DNA of 64,000 bases from Chloroflexota bacterium (GCA_024277095.1 JAJRVX010000401.1:26-64025); one strand, 5' to 3'; shown: positions 40,466 to 50,554, counted from the stretch's first letter. Notes: generated by a model not told the origin, from the sequence alone. Numbers and translations are program-made.

Positions 40466-40610
40466 CGCAGCACCTCCTCCTTACAGGATTGCTTTATCCT
40501 CGCGAACAGGGATGATCACCGCCATTCGCTCTTGAGAATGCCGTATTGATCAATCGGCTCCTTCGCCTGATCCCACCCTTTGCATGAAAAGGGAGGGCCC
40601 GGTCTCTGAA

Positions 40611-41606
40611 TCAAGCGCTCGGCCGTCTGGCGGCCAAGCGACGCAAAAGCTGAGGTAGGAGAATCGCCACGATGAGGAGCATACCGACCACGGTGGTCTG
40701 CACCTGACCCGGCACGTTCTTCAGGCTCATCCCGTAGCGAACGACGCCGATCAGGAACAGCGCCAGCACGACCCCGACCATGTTCCCCTGGCCGCCGAAG
40801 ATATCCACCCCGCCCAGGACCACCGCCGTGATGACGTCCAGCTCAAATCCCGTGGCGATGTTGGGCCGGGTGCTACCGAAGCGGGCCGCCAGGATGATCC
40901 CCGCCAGCGCGGACATGAAGCCGGCCATCATGAAGAGGATGATCTTAATGCGGTCCACCGCCACGCCGGAGTAACGGCAGGCCAGCTCGTTGCTGCCGAT
41001 GGCGAACACATAACGCCCGAACGTGGTTCGGTGCAACACCAAGCCAAAAAGCACGGCCAGCACGGAGAAGAGCACCAGCGGCACGGGCACGGGCGTCCCC
41101 GGGATGTACCCCTGTCCCAGATAGGTGAACTCGGCGGGGTAGCCGGTCACCGCCTTGTCCCCCAGCACCACATAAGCGACGCCCCGATAGAGCGCATAGG
41201 TGCCCAGGGTCACCACCAGGGAGGGTAACCGCACCTTCGCCGTCAGCACGCCGTTGACCCAACCGGCCAACGTGCCAATCCCCAGGCCAAACAGGGCGGC
41301 CAGCCAGATGTTCAGCCCCTTCTGAAAGGTAACGGCCATGAGGACCGTGGACATCGCCAGGGTGGATGCCACGGAGAGATCAATGTTGGCGCTGATGATG
41401 ATGAACGCCATGGGCAGGGCGATGATCGCCCGCTCCATGAAGTTGAACGTCATGTCAAACAGGTTGCGGACATCCAGGAAATACGGGGAAAGGGACGCGT
41501 TGATCACGCACACCAGGATCAGGAGGGCCACCAACAGCCACTCCCAACGCAACAGCATCCCGCTCCACGTCGGGCGTCGTCGGGTCACCATGGCATCAGA
41601 CGTCAC
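40611..41606 (-). CDS. Sugar ABC transporter permease (RbsC-like)
   Basis: 331 aa, polytopic, with BPD_transp_2-like blocks (NIDLSVAS, GGVDIFGGQG). Confidence 0.85.
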   Translation of the reverse strand: MTSDAMVTRRRPTWSGMLLRWEWLLVALLILVCVINASLSPYFLDVRNLFDMTFNFMERAIIALPMAFIIISANIDLSVASTLAMSTVLMAVTFQKGLNIWLAALFGLGIGTLAGWVNGVLTAKVRLPSLVVTLGTYALYRGVAYVVLGDKAVTGYPAEFTYLGQGYIPGTPVPVPLVLFSVLAVLFGLVLHRTTFGRYVFAIGSNELACRYSGVAVDRIKIILFMMAGFMSALAGIILAARFGSTRPNIATGFELDVITAVVLGGVDIFGGQGNMVGVVLALFLIGVVRYGMSLKNVPGQVQTTVVGMLLIVAILLPQLLRRLAARRPSA

Positions 41607-42613
41607 GAGACTTCCCCCCCAGCCTGGGCGCGCACCAGGCGCCGCGAGATCAGCGCATCCGCCACCACAGCCAACAAGATCACCAACCCCTGCACCGCCA
41701 GCTTCCAGAACGGCGAGATCCGCACCAGGTTCAACGCGTTGATAATGATGCCAAGCAGCAACGATCCCAACAAGACGCCCGGCACCGTCCCCGATCCGCC
41801 GAAGATGTTCACCCCGCCCACCACGGCGGCAGCCACCGTCTGAAGCTCAAACCCCATCGCCGAATCGCTCTGCGCCGAGGCGTAGCGGGAGACCCACAAC
41901 ACGCCGGCCATGCCGTACAGCGCGCCCGAGATGACGAATACCAACATCTGCACCCGTCTCACATGAATCCCCGCCACCTGGGCCGCCAACGGATTGCTGC
42001 CCACGGCATAGATCTCCCGCCCCAGCCGCGTATGGTTCAGGAAGTAGTAGGCGACCAGGGCCACCAGGAAGGCGATCAGCACCAGGTTCGGGATCAGCAG
42101 CGGCGTGGCCTGGGCAAAGGCCTTGAAACTCTCCGGCAGCTCGTGGGCGTCCACCCAGGCGCCGCCGCTGATGGCGAACACGAGCCCGCGATAGACGCTC
42201 AGGGTGCCCAGGGTCGCGATGATGGGCGGTACATTCCCCTTGGTCACGACCAGCCCGTTGAAGGCCCCCAGGACGATCCCCACCCCGATTCCCATGGCCA
42301 ATGCCACCAGCGGCGGGATGCCCCAATGGGCGCTGATGGTCATGCCCACGATCATGCCCGAAAGCGCCAGCCCCGAGCCCACGGAGAGATCGATCCCCCG
42401 GGTGAGGATCACCATCGTCTGTCCGATGGCGACGATGACCAACACGCCGATATCCAGCAGGATGTCCCGGAAATTGTCCAGCGTGAGGAAATACGGGCTG
42501 CGCAGGCTGACGACCACCACCAGCGCCACGATGAAGAGCAGGATCCCCACCTCGCGAACGCCAGCGATGACGAGTAGCCAATCGCGGCGGGTCCGTGCAC
42601 CCGACAGGCTCAT
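41603..42613 (-). CDS. Sugar ABC transporter permease (RbsC-like)
   Basis: 336 aa, paralogue of the downstream permease. It has a 4-nt overlap with it. Confidence 0.85.
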   Translation of the reverse strand: MSLSGARTRRDWLLVIAGVREVGILLFIVALVVVVSLRSPYFLTLDNFRDILLDIGVLVIVAIGQTMVILTRGIDLSVGSGLALSGMIVGMTISAHWGIPPLVALAMGIGVGIVLGAFNGLVVTKGNVPPIIATLGTLSVYRGLVFAISGGAWVDAHELPESFKAFAQATPLLIPNLVLIAFLVALVAYYFLNHTRLGREIYAVGSNPLAAQVAGIHVRRVQMLVFVISGALYGMAGVLWVSRYASAQSDSAMGFELQTVAAAVVGGVNIFGGSGTVPGVLLGSLLLGIIINALNLVRISPFWKLAVQGLVILLAVVADALISRRLVRAQAGGEVS

Positions 42614-44163
42614 CCCCTCACTCCTTGCACATGGCCGGTGGCCGCCATCATGATCTTCTCCTGGGTGGCCTCGGCTCGCGTGAACTCCCCGGTCACCCGG
42701 CCCTCATACATCACCAGAATCCGATCGCTCATCCCCAAAATCTCGGGCAGTTCCGAGGAGATCATCAGGATGGCCATCCCCTCCGCGGCCAGCGAGCTCA
42801 TCAACTCATGCACGGCGGCCTTCGTCCCCACATCGATCCCTCGCGTCGGCTCATCCAGGATCAGGATATGCGGACGGGTGGCCAGCCACTTGGCCAGCAC
42901 CACCTTCTGCTGATTCCCGCCGGAGAGCTCACGCACCCGCTGCCACAACCCGGCCGCCCGCACATCCAGCCGCCGGGCGTACTCTCCAGCCAGGCCCTCC
43001 TCCCGGCCCCGATCCACCCATCCCATCCGGGCGAACGACTCCAGGATAGGGAGCGTGATATTCTGCGTGATCGTCATGGGAAGGATCAGCCCCTGCTGCT
43101 GGCGGTCCTCCGGCACGTAGGCGATTCCCATGCTCAAAGCCTCTTGAGGGCTGCGAATATGTACCTCCTGGCCGTCCAGCCAGATCCGACCCTGGTCCGC
43201 CGGCTCCACGCCAAAGATGGCCCGCGCCACCTCGCTCCGGCCCGCCCCCACCAGGCCGGCCAGCCCCAGGATCTCCCCGGAATGCAACTCGAAGGAGACA
43301 TCGTAAAAGGCGCCCGCCTTGGTCAACCCCTCCACGCGCAGGGCCGGATCACCGCGCGGCACCTCCTGCTTCGGGAAGAGGTCCTCCAGCGTGCGCCCCA
43401 CCATCATCCGGATGATCTCATCGGGTGTGGTCTCAGAAGTCAGTCGCGTGCCCACGTAGCGGCCATCCCGCAAAACGGTGATCCGATCCGCCAGCTCGAA
43501 GGCTTCCTCCAAACGGTGGGAGATGAAGATGATGGCCGTGCCTGCGTCACGCAATTGCCGGGCGATACGAAAAAGCTCGGCGACCTCCTGCGGGGTCAAC
43601 GCCGAGGTTGGCTCGTCCATGATCAACACCCGTGCGTCAAAGGAGAGGGCCTTGGCGATCTCCACCATCTGCTGGTCCGCCACGCTCAAACCTCGCAGCT
43701 TCGTCCGAGGGTTCAGGTCGATCCCGAGGGCATTCAGAAGCCGTTCGGACTCAGAGTACATCCTATGCCAGTCGATGCGCCGGGTGACCGGCAACACGGG
43801 CTGATGGCCCATGAAGATGTTCTCGGCGATGTCCAGATCCGGGAACAGCGTGGGCTCCTGATAGATGGTAGCGATGCCATGCTGCAAGGCCGTCAGGGGG
43901 TTGGGGAACGAGACGCGCTCGCCTTGAAAGATGATCTCGCCGGCATCCGGCTGATGTACGCCAGCGATGACCTTGATCAACGTGGATTTGCCCGCCCCGT
44001 TCTCCCCCAGCAGCGCGTGGATCTCGCCGTGGCGAAGCTCGAACGGCACGTCGATCAACGCCTGCACGCCGGCAAACGATTTACTGATGTCGCGTAACTG
44101 GAGGACTGGTTCCGCATCCGCTTGGCTAGCCATGAGTAGACTCACCTTATGGACGGACCGCAA
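42610..44163 (-). CDS. Sugar ABC transporter ATP-binding protein (duplicated ATPase, RbsA-like)
   Basis: Two Walker A/signature sets: GENGAGKST/..., GLVGAGRSE and LSGGNQQKV. Confidence 0.9.
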   Translation of the reverse strand: MRSVHKVSLLMASQADAEPVLQLRDISKSFAGVQALIDVPFELRHGEIHALLGENGAGKSTLIKVIAGVHQPDAGEIIFQGERVSFPNPLTALQHGIATIYQEPTLFPDLDIAENIFMGHQPVLPVTRRIDWHRMYSESERLLNALGIDLNPRTKLRGLSVADQQMVEIAKALSFDARVLIMDEPTSALTPQEVAELFRIARQLRDAGTAIIFISHRLEEAFELADRITVLRDGRYVGTRLTSETTPDEIIRMMVGRTLEDLFPKQEVPRGDPALRVEGLTKAGAFYDVSFELHSGEILGLAGLVGAGRSEVARAIFGVEPADQGRIWLDGQEVHIRSPQEALSMGIAYVPEDRQQQGLILPMTITQNITLPILESFARMGWVDRGREEGLAGEYARRLDVRAAGLWQRVRELSGGNQQKVVLAKWLATRPHILILDEPTRGIDVGTKAAVHELMSSLAAEGMAILMISSELPEILGMSDRILVMYEGRVTGEFTRAEATQEKIMMAATGHVQGVRG

Positions 44164-44831
44164 AAACGCGATATCGCACGCGCTCGAATGCCAAAGCTTA
44201 AAGCCACAGCAGAGAGACAGAGGAACACGCGAGGACGACTCCGCCGAATTCGCGTGTCAGGACTTACCGGGGAACGATCTGCATGATATGTATAGCACGA
44301 AACAGCCGGGCTGTCAACGATCACTTATATAAAAACCGGAATACCCTCCATTATTGCAGCGGTCATGAGGCCCAAGCCCGCCCAGAGGCGAAGGCCACCA
44401 CCAGAATACGGTGTGATCCCCCTGCTAGGCTATTGAACGTTCCACGCCAATATGTTAACGTCATTAGTTGTAGAGCCCATTCCTGACAGTGTAGCACCGC
44501 ACTTGAACGCAGCGATATGGAAAAGGGCATCCCGGTAGATAACGATCGCTCTCCTGAGGAGACCTGGAGGAACGACACCCTCCAGAGCCCCCGTCTTTCA
44601 ACCTCTGACCAGCCCGGCCCGGATAGAATCATCGCCAGGGCTAGGGGCGGCTGGTCACGAGTGGAAAGCAGGGGACGATGCGACATCGTCCCATCCGGCG
44701 GAGGAACCCTTCGTCGCACCTTCCCGATTCCGACGTAAGCACCCTTCCAGTCCTATCACCATCTTGTCATGAAGCGCAGGGCTATGATCCGTTGCGTTCC
44801 GACATCCACGGACGGGTATTGAGGACGTCAA

Positions 44832-46028
44832 ATGCAGAATCACGTTGTAAAGCACCCCAATTCGCCCTCCCGCCGATCACGAGCGTTGTTCGTTCTGGGC
44901 GTCTTGGTCGTATATGCGCTGGCCCTGGTACCCCTCTATCGGGTTCTGGGATCCCAGGCGATCACCTTTTCCATACTTCCCGTGGCCGCGGCAGGATGGC
45001 TCCTCGGCATGGGGCCCGCGATCCTGATGAGCCTGCTGGCTTTCCTGGTGAACGTGTTATTGCTGGCCCTGATCATTCACAATCCGGATGAAGTGATCGA
45101 GGTGTTTCACCGAGGCGGCCTGCTCGGCTCCATCATGGTGATGTTGGTCGGCACGATCATTGGACAATTTCACGACCTACACGAGCGGCTCAAGAGGGAA
45201 TACAACGAGCGGAAACGGGCAGAGGAACGGTTACGGGAGGCCAACGCACAGCTACAGGCAGCCCTGAAAGCCAGGGAGGAGATGCTCCAAAACGTCTCGC
45301 ACGAGCTGCGCACCCCATTGACGCTGATCAAAGGCTATGCGGAGCTATGGAAGGAAGGGATGCTGGGCCCGCTAACCCCAGCACAGGAGAAGGCCGCGGC
45401 CATCCTGAACAGCCAATGCGATCGGCTCCGTTATATGATCGACCGGCTGATCCTCATACAAACCCTGAGCACGACATCCCTCCGGGAAACGCAAGTGGAT
45501 CTCAACCGGCTGCTCCAGGAGGCGGTACAGGCCTGGCAGGCACATGCGGAGAAGGAGGGAATCCAGCTCTCCCTTGAGCTTCCCTCCCATCTGCCTCCCA
45601 TCACAGGAGATCGCAATCTCCTCTCCCACGTGATCTACAACCTCCTGGATAACGCCATCAAGTTCAGCCCGGATGGAGGGGCCGTGAGCGTCTGCGCCCG
45701 ACTGGAGGACGGAGAGCTTCTGATCACCGTCTCAGACCAGGGGATCGGCATCCCACCGGACAAGCTGGAACAGGTCTTCGAGCGTTTCTACCAGGTGGAC
45801 GGCGGCAGCACGCGACGATTCGGCGGGATGGGCATCGGTCTGGCGTTATGCCGTGAGATCATCCAGCTACACGGAGGCCGCATCTGGGCTGAGAGCGAAG
45901 GAGATGGGCGAGGAAGCGCGTTCCACATCAGGCTACCACTAAGGACACCGCCCCCGGGCACGGCATCGCAATGCGCCGCGTCGGCGCAACAGCCGCCTTC
46001 GGGGCAACCGGGGCCCGTAAGGGGATAG
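44832..46028 (+). CDS. Sensor histidine kinase (membrane, HisKA + HATPase_c)
   Basis: H-box SHELRTPLT, N box LLDNAIKFS and G boxes DQGIGI / GGMGIGLALC. No cognate response regulator is adjacent. Confidence 0.85.
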   Translation: MQNHVVKHPNSPSRRSRALFVLGVLVVYALALVPLYRVLGSQAITFSILPVAAAGWLLGMGPAILMSLLAFLVNVLLLALIIHNPDEVIEVFHRGGLLGSIMVMLVGTIIGQFHDLHERLKREYNERKRAEERLREANAQLQAALKAREEMLQNVSHELRTPLTLIKGYAELWKEGMLGPLTPAQEKAAAILNSQCDRLRYMIDRLILIQTLSTTSLRETQVDLNRLLQEAVQAWQAHAEKEGIQLSLELPSHLPPITGDRNLLSHVIYNLLDNAIKFSPDGGAVSVCARLEDGELLITVSDQGIGIPPDKLEQVFERFYQVDGGSTRRFGGMGIGLALCREIIQLHGGRIWAESEGDGRGSAFHIRLPLRTPPPGTASQCAASAQQPPSGQPGPVRG

Positions 46029-46082
46029 GCAGCCCTACGCGCGCCCCTCTCCGGCATCATGACGTGAGAGCCATCGAAAAGT

Positions 46083-46112
46083 TTGACACGCTCAATCACA
46101 TACCGCTATAAT
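46083..46112 (+). promoter_or_regulatory. Near-consensus sigma70 promoter (TTGACA-18-TATAAT) about 260 nt upstream of mgsA
   Basis: tttgacacgctcaatcacataccgctataatg. Confidence 0.55.
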
Positions 46113-46189
46113 GACCGGTGAGAGGTCAGCCCTCCCCCCGAATTGTAGGGGCCTCCTCGTATACCTCGCCGGCGACAGCCCCCTGGCAC

Positions 46190-46350
46190 CCAGGCAGCGA
46201 TCCTGCGCAGAACTGCGGCCCTTTTCACCCTTCGCCAGCCCCGTAAGGCCGTCTGCCGCCCGCTCATGAGCTGCCCGGCCCCGCTCCAGATCTCTGGAGC
46301 CCCCCCACACCTCCCTCTGCGGGGAGTGCTGCCAAACTCTCAGACACGCT
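46190..46350 (+). repeat. MITE-like repeat, degenerate copy E inside the mgsA leader
   Basis: Shares ctgcccggcccc, ccacacctccctctgcgg, and the terminal ctcagacacgc followed by TTA. Confidence 0.5.
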
Positions 46351-46374
46351 TACCGAAAACAATAAGGAGATGAA

Positions 46375-46842
46375 ATGATTCACAAGAAGATCGCCATGGA
46401 ACATGACAAGAAAATCGCCCTCGTGGCACACGACAACAAGAAACGGGACCTGATCCAGTGGGCCAAATACAACCGAGACCTCCTGGCACACCACGAGGTA
46501 TACGCCACGGGCACTACCGGCGAGATCTTAGAGCATGAGCTCGGCTTCAAAATCACGAAGCTGCAAAGCGGACCCTTGGGCGGAGATCAGCAGATCGGCG
46601 CCAAGATCGTCGACGGCGAGATCAACTTTCTGATCTTCTTCTGGGATCCACTTGAGCCCATGCCCCACGATCCCGACGTCAAGGCGCTCCTGCGGATGGC
46701 GGTGGTGTGGAATATCCCGATCGCCTGCAATCGAGCCTCCGCCGACTTCATGATCTCATCCCCCCTCATGGATGGGGAGTACGATCGTCTGGTGGCCGAC
46801 TACGAGGAGTACCGGGCACGAAACATCACCGTGGATGGATAG
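46375..46842 (+). CDS. mgsA: Methylglyoxal synthase
   Basis: [15 protein letters not shown] ... YATGTTG ... [12 protein letters not shown] ... [18 protein letters not shown]. Confidence 0.9.
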   Translation: MIHKKIAMEHDKKIALVAHDNKKRDLIQWAKYNRDLLAHHEVYATGTTGEILEHELGFKITKLQSGPLGGDQQIGAKIVDGEINFLIFFWDPLEPMPHDPDVKALLRMAVVWNIPIACNRASADFMISSPLMDGEYDRLVADYEEYRARNITVDG

Positions 46843-46863
46843 ATCGCGCCGTGACAACGGCAA

Positions 46864-46953
46864 CTACCGCCTGTGAAGCGCCCGCATCCCCAGCACTACC
46901 AGTCCACTGCCCACCAGCAGGAGGGTGGCGGGTTCGGGAATGAGGTGAACATT
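46864..46953 (-). pseudogene. Orphan PEP-CTERM tail remnant
   Basis: The minus strand reads (TAG) N V H L I PEPATLLLVGSGLVVLGMRALHRR stop. It is a stand-alone PEP-CTERM anchor with a stop immediately upstream. Confidence 0.4.
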
Positions 46954-47030
46954 CTACATCGTGTCCCTCCTGGAAAGAGGAAAGACACAACCTGTAGTAT
47001 CCTCACCGCACAAGAGCACTACACCTCGTA

Positions 47031-47085
47031 GGTAGGGCGGGTGGGATTCGAACCCACACGGGCGCAAGCCCAGCGGATTTTAAGT
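47031..47085 (-). pseudogene. 3' fragment of tRNA-Leu(UAA), from the anticodon loop to the acceptor end; putative att site
   Basis: The minus strand reads CTTAAAATCCGCTGGGCTTGCGCCCGTGTGGGTTCGAATCCCACCCGCCCTACC. That gives an anticodon loop with UAA, a long variable arm, a T-arm and a 3' acceptor. No complementary 5' acceptor strand or D-arm lies upstream. Confidence 0.7.
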
Positions 47086-47769
47086 TCCGGACATTGCGTG
47101 TGACGGATCACACACAACATGTAGTGCCCGAGATACCCCCCACACCCTAGATGCTGTGTCTCCCAAGCTGAAAAATCCTGCGGTTGCTTTCATGTCAAAG
47201 ATAGCACGCAAACTGATGGATGTCAACCATGTGATAATCGTCAAGCGAATTCTACGTATTTACTCTCTCCAACAGATCAGCAGAACGCGAACGACTCAAT
47301 GGACAGCTTGCGCTCCATTCAGCGGGCACAAACCCAGTGGATTTGTATGCACAAGGGCAATTCGCGGCATTGATCGCGCCAACAATGCCCGTGGATGTAT
47401 CGGTGCTTTCCCGGCCTGAGTATAGTACGCATCTGATCGTGGAGCAAACCTCTGCTTAGACCTCATGACTGGTATTCAGCAATGCACAATGTTTTCGCAA
47501 ACAACCGTGGCTTGGCGAAACGGCAACTCCTGTTGACATGACGTGGGAAGGCGTGATATATTGGGGGCGAGGTGTCTTCCTGAGACGATGGCGACAGATG
47601 CAGCAACGGCGGCAACAAGCAGCCACGGCGCGAAAGCAGAACGAGGCTCGATTCAACCCTCGTGGTATACGTGAATCATACTTCGGCTTGGTTCCTAATC
47701 CTCGTGTAGCAGAGCATCAGTGGGTGTAACCATACTGCAGGCGAGGCGCCAATGACTGGAGGCAGAGGG

Positions 47770-48606
47770 ATGAAGCAGGTGGTGAAGGTTGCTGGAGTGC
47801 AAATGGAACCTAAGCTCCTAGATAAGGAGCACAATCTCTCAAAATGCCTTGAAACAATGTATCTGACTGCCGGGAAGGGGGCGCGCCTCGTCGTCTTTCC
47901 CGAGTGCGCCTTGTCTGGCTATGTTTTTTCCAGCCTTGAAGAGGCACTTCCCGTTGCAGAGCCTATCCCTGGGCCGAGCACCGAACGGATCATCGCTGCG
48001 TGCCGCGAGTTGAACATCTTCGCTGTAGTAGGTCTCTTGGAAAGGGATGGAGACAAATGCTACAATGCGGCAGTGCTTCTTGGGCCTGAAGGTCTGGTTG
48101 GGAAGCATCGCAAAGCCCACCTGCCTGACTTGGGGATTGATCGGTTCCTTCATCCTGGTGACTTACCATTTACCGTCTATGATACCGGGATAGGTAAGAT
48201 AGGGATAGCGATTTGCTACGAAGCGTGTTTCCCCGAGCACACTCGCATACTCGCGCTGCAAGGGGCTGAAATTGTTGTACTGCCTACCAATTGGCCTGAT
48301 TGGCCTGTGGTTCGTGTGATTCGCGATCTGTTAGTCCCTGCAAGGGCTGCGGAGAATTTCGTGTACTTTATCGCTGCCGATCGTATCGGCGAGGAAAGGG
48401 ATATCACATTCCTGGGAGGCAGTAGAATTGTTGGGATAGGCGGTGCGATTTTGGCAGAGGTGAAGGAGCATGAGGAAGGCGTTATATTCGCTGACCTCGA
48501 CCTGACAGAAACGCAAGATAAAATGGGCCTCTTGAGTAAGCGACGTCCCGATCTTTATGGTCTCATTGTCCAAGAAATGAGCCATAGCCCATCAAGCTCT
48601 GCTTAA
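47770..48606 (+). CDS. Carbon-nitrogen hydrolase (nitrilase superfamily)
   Basis: Catalytic Glu/Lys/Cys contexts VVFPECALSGY, HRKAHLP and IAICYEACFPE. Confidence 0.8.
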   Translation: MKQVVKVAGVQMEPKLLDKEHNLSKCLETMYLTAGKGARLVVFPECALSGYVFSSLEEALPVAEPIPGPSTERIIAACRELNIFAVVGLLERDGDKCYNAAVLLGPEGLVGKHRKAHLPDLGIDRFLHPGDLPFTVYDTGIGKIGIAICYEACFPEHTRILALQGAEIVVLPTNWPDWPVVRVIRDLLVPARAAENFVYFIAADRIGEERDITFLGGSRIVGIGGAILAEVKEHEEGVIFADLDLTETQDKMGLLSKRRPDLYGLIVQEMSHSPSSSA

Positions 48607-48799
48607 CCTCCACCTGCAAGAGCCTGGAAACAAGGAGACAATTCTTCTCTCCCGAGACCTCGAACGTCTGTAACGGATGATTTGGGAGAAGAAGAAACCC
48701 AGCCGTGTGATCCAGGTATCGGTGTATGAGTTTGCCTGAGAGCCCCTCTCTCATGCAGCCTTCACGGCCTTCAAAGGAGGCACAGAAGAATAGCCCCAA

Positions 48800-49591
48800 A
48801 TGCAACGCTTAAAATTCAGTCTCCTACACAATGCCTTGGACTCGCTAACCCAAGGAATCGAGTTTGCCCTTCAGCATGATAACAAACCAAACAGGCTTAA
48901 ATTAGCTATACTCTTACTCGCCCAGGCCGTAGAGCTTGTGCTGAAGGAGAGATTAAGTCGTGAGCATTGGTCGTTGATATTTGCTCAAGTAGACCAGGCT
49001 TGCCAGAAAGATGCGCGCACGGTTTCTATTCAAGGTGCCAAGAAGCGACTTGTAACTATTGCTGCATTGCGTTTCGACTGTGAGGATGAGAAAGCGATTA
49101 AGAACATAGCGAGAATTCGCAACCGAATTCAGCATTATGAAATTGAGATATCTTACGAGCAAGCGCTGAGTTATATTCACGCAGCCATTGGTTTTCTGAT
49201 CAAGTTTACAAAGGACGAACTTGGGCAGGACATTAAGGACTTACTTACAGAACAACAACATCAACAGTTGATTGAGATCGAAAGCATTCATGCTGCTCTT
49301 AAGCAAGTAGCAGATAGACGGATCGAAGAATTGCGGAAAGAGCATTGGTCTGCAAAGCCCAAGGAATTAATTGACTGGGACTTTGAGGTTATAGAGTGTC
49401 CTGCATGTGGACAGACGTACTATGTGTTTTCTGTTAGTGCGAATCTCTCTCTATGCCAATTCTGTGGTTTCGAGGGTAGGTTTGTGGAAGCAGAATGTGC
49501 ACGTTGTGGCAAGCTATTCTCTGTGGAAGCGGGCTATGAAAGCAAGTTTCCCTTATGTGAGAGTTGCGATATCTATGTCCAGGGTCAGTGA
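48800..49591 (+). CDS. HEPN-like (Rx4H) protein with a C-terminal double zinc ribbon
   Basis: Helical N-terminal domain with IARIRNRIQHYE (R-x4-H at 49118..49135). The C-terminus has CPACG..CQFCG and CARCG..CESC. Confidence 0.5.
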   Translation: MQRLKFSLLHNALDSLTQGIEFALQHDNKPNRLKLAILLLAQAVELVLKERLSREHWSLIFAQVDQACQKDARTVSIQGAKKRLVTIAALRFDCEDEKAIKNIARIRNRIQHYEIEISYEQALSYIHAAIGFLIKFTKDELGQDIKDLLTEQQHQQLIEIESIHAALKQVADRRIEELRKEHWSAKPKELIDWDFEVIECPACGQTYYVFSVSANLSLCQFCGFEGRFVEAECARCGKLFSVEAGYESKFPLCESCDIYVQGQ

Positions 49592-49638
49592 TTCACTAAT
49601 CGCGGGCCGCGAATAGCAGGTGTTATGTAGGTATCCTG

Positions 49639-50259
49639 GTGGGTTGGTTCCAGATGAAACGCATCATCCGGGCGTTCATTCCTGTGATAGGCACCTTGAT
49701 CATAGTCATCTTTTCCTGTGTTACATGCCAAAGCTTTTATGTCTATAACCCACATAGTGAGGAATATACCACCTTGGGAAGATACATCCTCTTTAAGGCA
49801 GCTAGGACGATCTTGATCCAACGCGACTCGTCGCTTAAAGGGTTAGAAGAAGAAGTTGAGCGTAGCGTGGATTACATTGAGCAGACCATGCAGATCAGTA
49901 ATGAGTATGCTAAAGCAACAGAAATCATAGCAAATCAATTGGAAGCGATCGAACGAGATCCGTCACTGTTTGAGGAAACAACTTGGTTTAAGAAGCTCGC
50001 ACTTGGGATGACGATGATAGAGAGAAACAATAGGAAACTTCGCAATATGACCCCTCCTGCGCAACTTAAAGCAGTGCATCGAGAGTGGCTTACCGCGGCA
50101 CAGCACTTTGACAATGCTCTCGATGTACTTGGTGACTGGCTGCGAGGCGGTGGATTGGGTGAACTTGATGAGTATGTGGAGGAGATTCACCGGGCCAGTG
50201 AAGCGATCGAACGCGCGGAAGAGGAACTGCAATCGCTGCTAGACTTACCTGACGAGTAG
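49639..50259 (+). CDS. Membrane-anchored helical hypothetical protein
   Basis: N-terminal TM helix (IIRAFIPVIGTLIIVIFSCVTC) followed by an acidic helical region. Confidence 0.4.
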   Translation: MGWFQMKRIIRAFIPVIGTLIIVIFSCVTCQSFYVYNPHSEEYTTLGRYILFKAARTILIQRDSSLKGLEEEVERSVDYIEQTMQISNEYAKATEIIANQLEAIERDPSLFEETTWFKKLALGMTMIERNNRKLRNMTPPAQLKAVHREWLTAAQHFDNALDVLGDWLRGGGLGELDEYVEEIHRASEAIERAEEELQSLLDLPDE

Positions 50260-50308
50260 GTGTAGTAAATATTCTTGTACTCTCTAGACCCGAAGATAGA
50301 GGTTTACA

Positions 50309-50554
50309 ATGACGATCCTGGTAAGGTTCTTCGGTCTACTTGAACTCGCCGCCCTAGCGGCCTTCGTGTATGGCTTCTTCACTGGAGTGAGCGCTCTAGC
50401 TATCGCGGGTGGGCTTGTGTGCCTATCTGTTGATCTAATGGGCATTTTGACAGGGAAGCTCAAACCCCTATTCCCGATCATTGTCGTCCTGATTCTGTCC
50501 GGGCTTATTAAGCCTTGGTACTTATGGAGTCTTCTGGTTCTCCGCCGCGAATAG
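50309..50554 (+). CDS. Small three-TM membrane protein
   Basis: 81 aa, almost entirely hydrophobic helices. Confidence 0.4.
   Translation: MTILVRFFGLLELAALAAFVYGFFTGVSALAIAGGLVCLSVDLMGILTGKLKPLFPIIVVLILSGLIKPWYLWSLLVLRRE

Noticed and set aside
44164-44831. A 670-bp gap between the ABC operon start and the histidine kinase, containing small ORFs (44363..44719, 44517..44738).
   Set aside because: The ORFs have no RBS, no recognisable motifs and artefact-like composition. I could not find any ncRNA consensus in the gap. It is probably a divergent promoter or leader region, and a specific claim is not supportable by eye.
47031-47125. A functional tRNA-Leu gene.
   Set aside because: Only the portion from the anticodon loop to the 3' end is present. 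No sequence complementary to the CCGCCCT acceptor strand lies upstream, there is no D-arm, and the would-be anticodon loop would be 8 nt. I interpret it as an att-site remnant.
47575-47751. A possible TPP riboswitch in the nitrilase leader, because of GGGG...CTGAGA downstream of a TTGACA-17-ATATAT promoter-like site.
   Set aside because: The second conserved half (ACCTGA ... GCG.AGGGA pyrimidine and pyrophosphate sensor helices) is absent. CTGAGA alone is not diagnostic.
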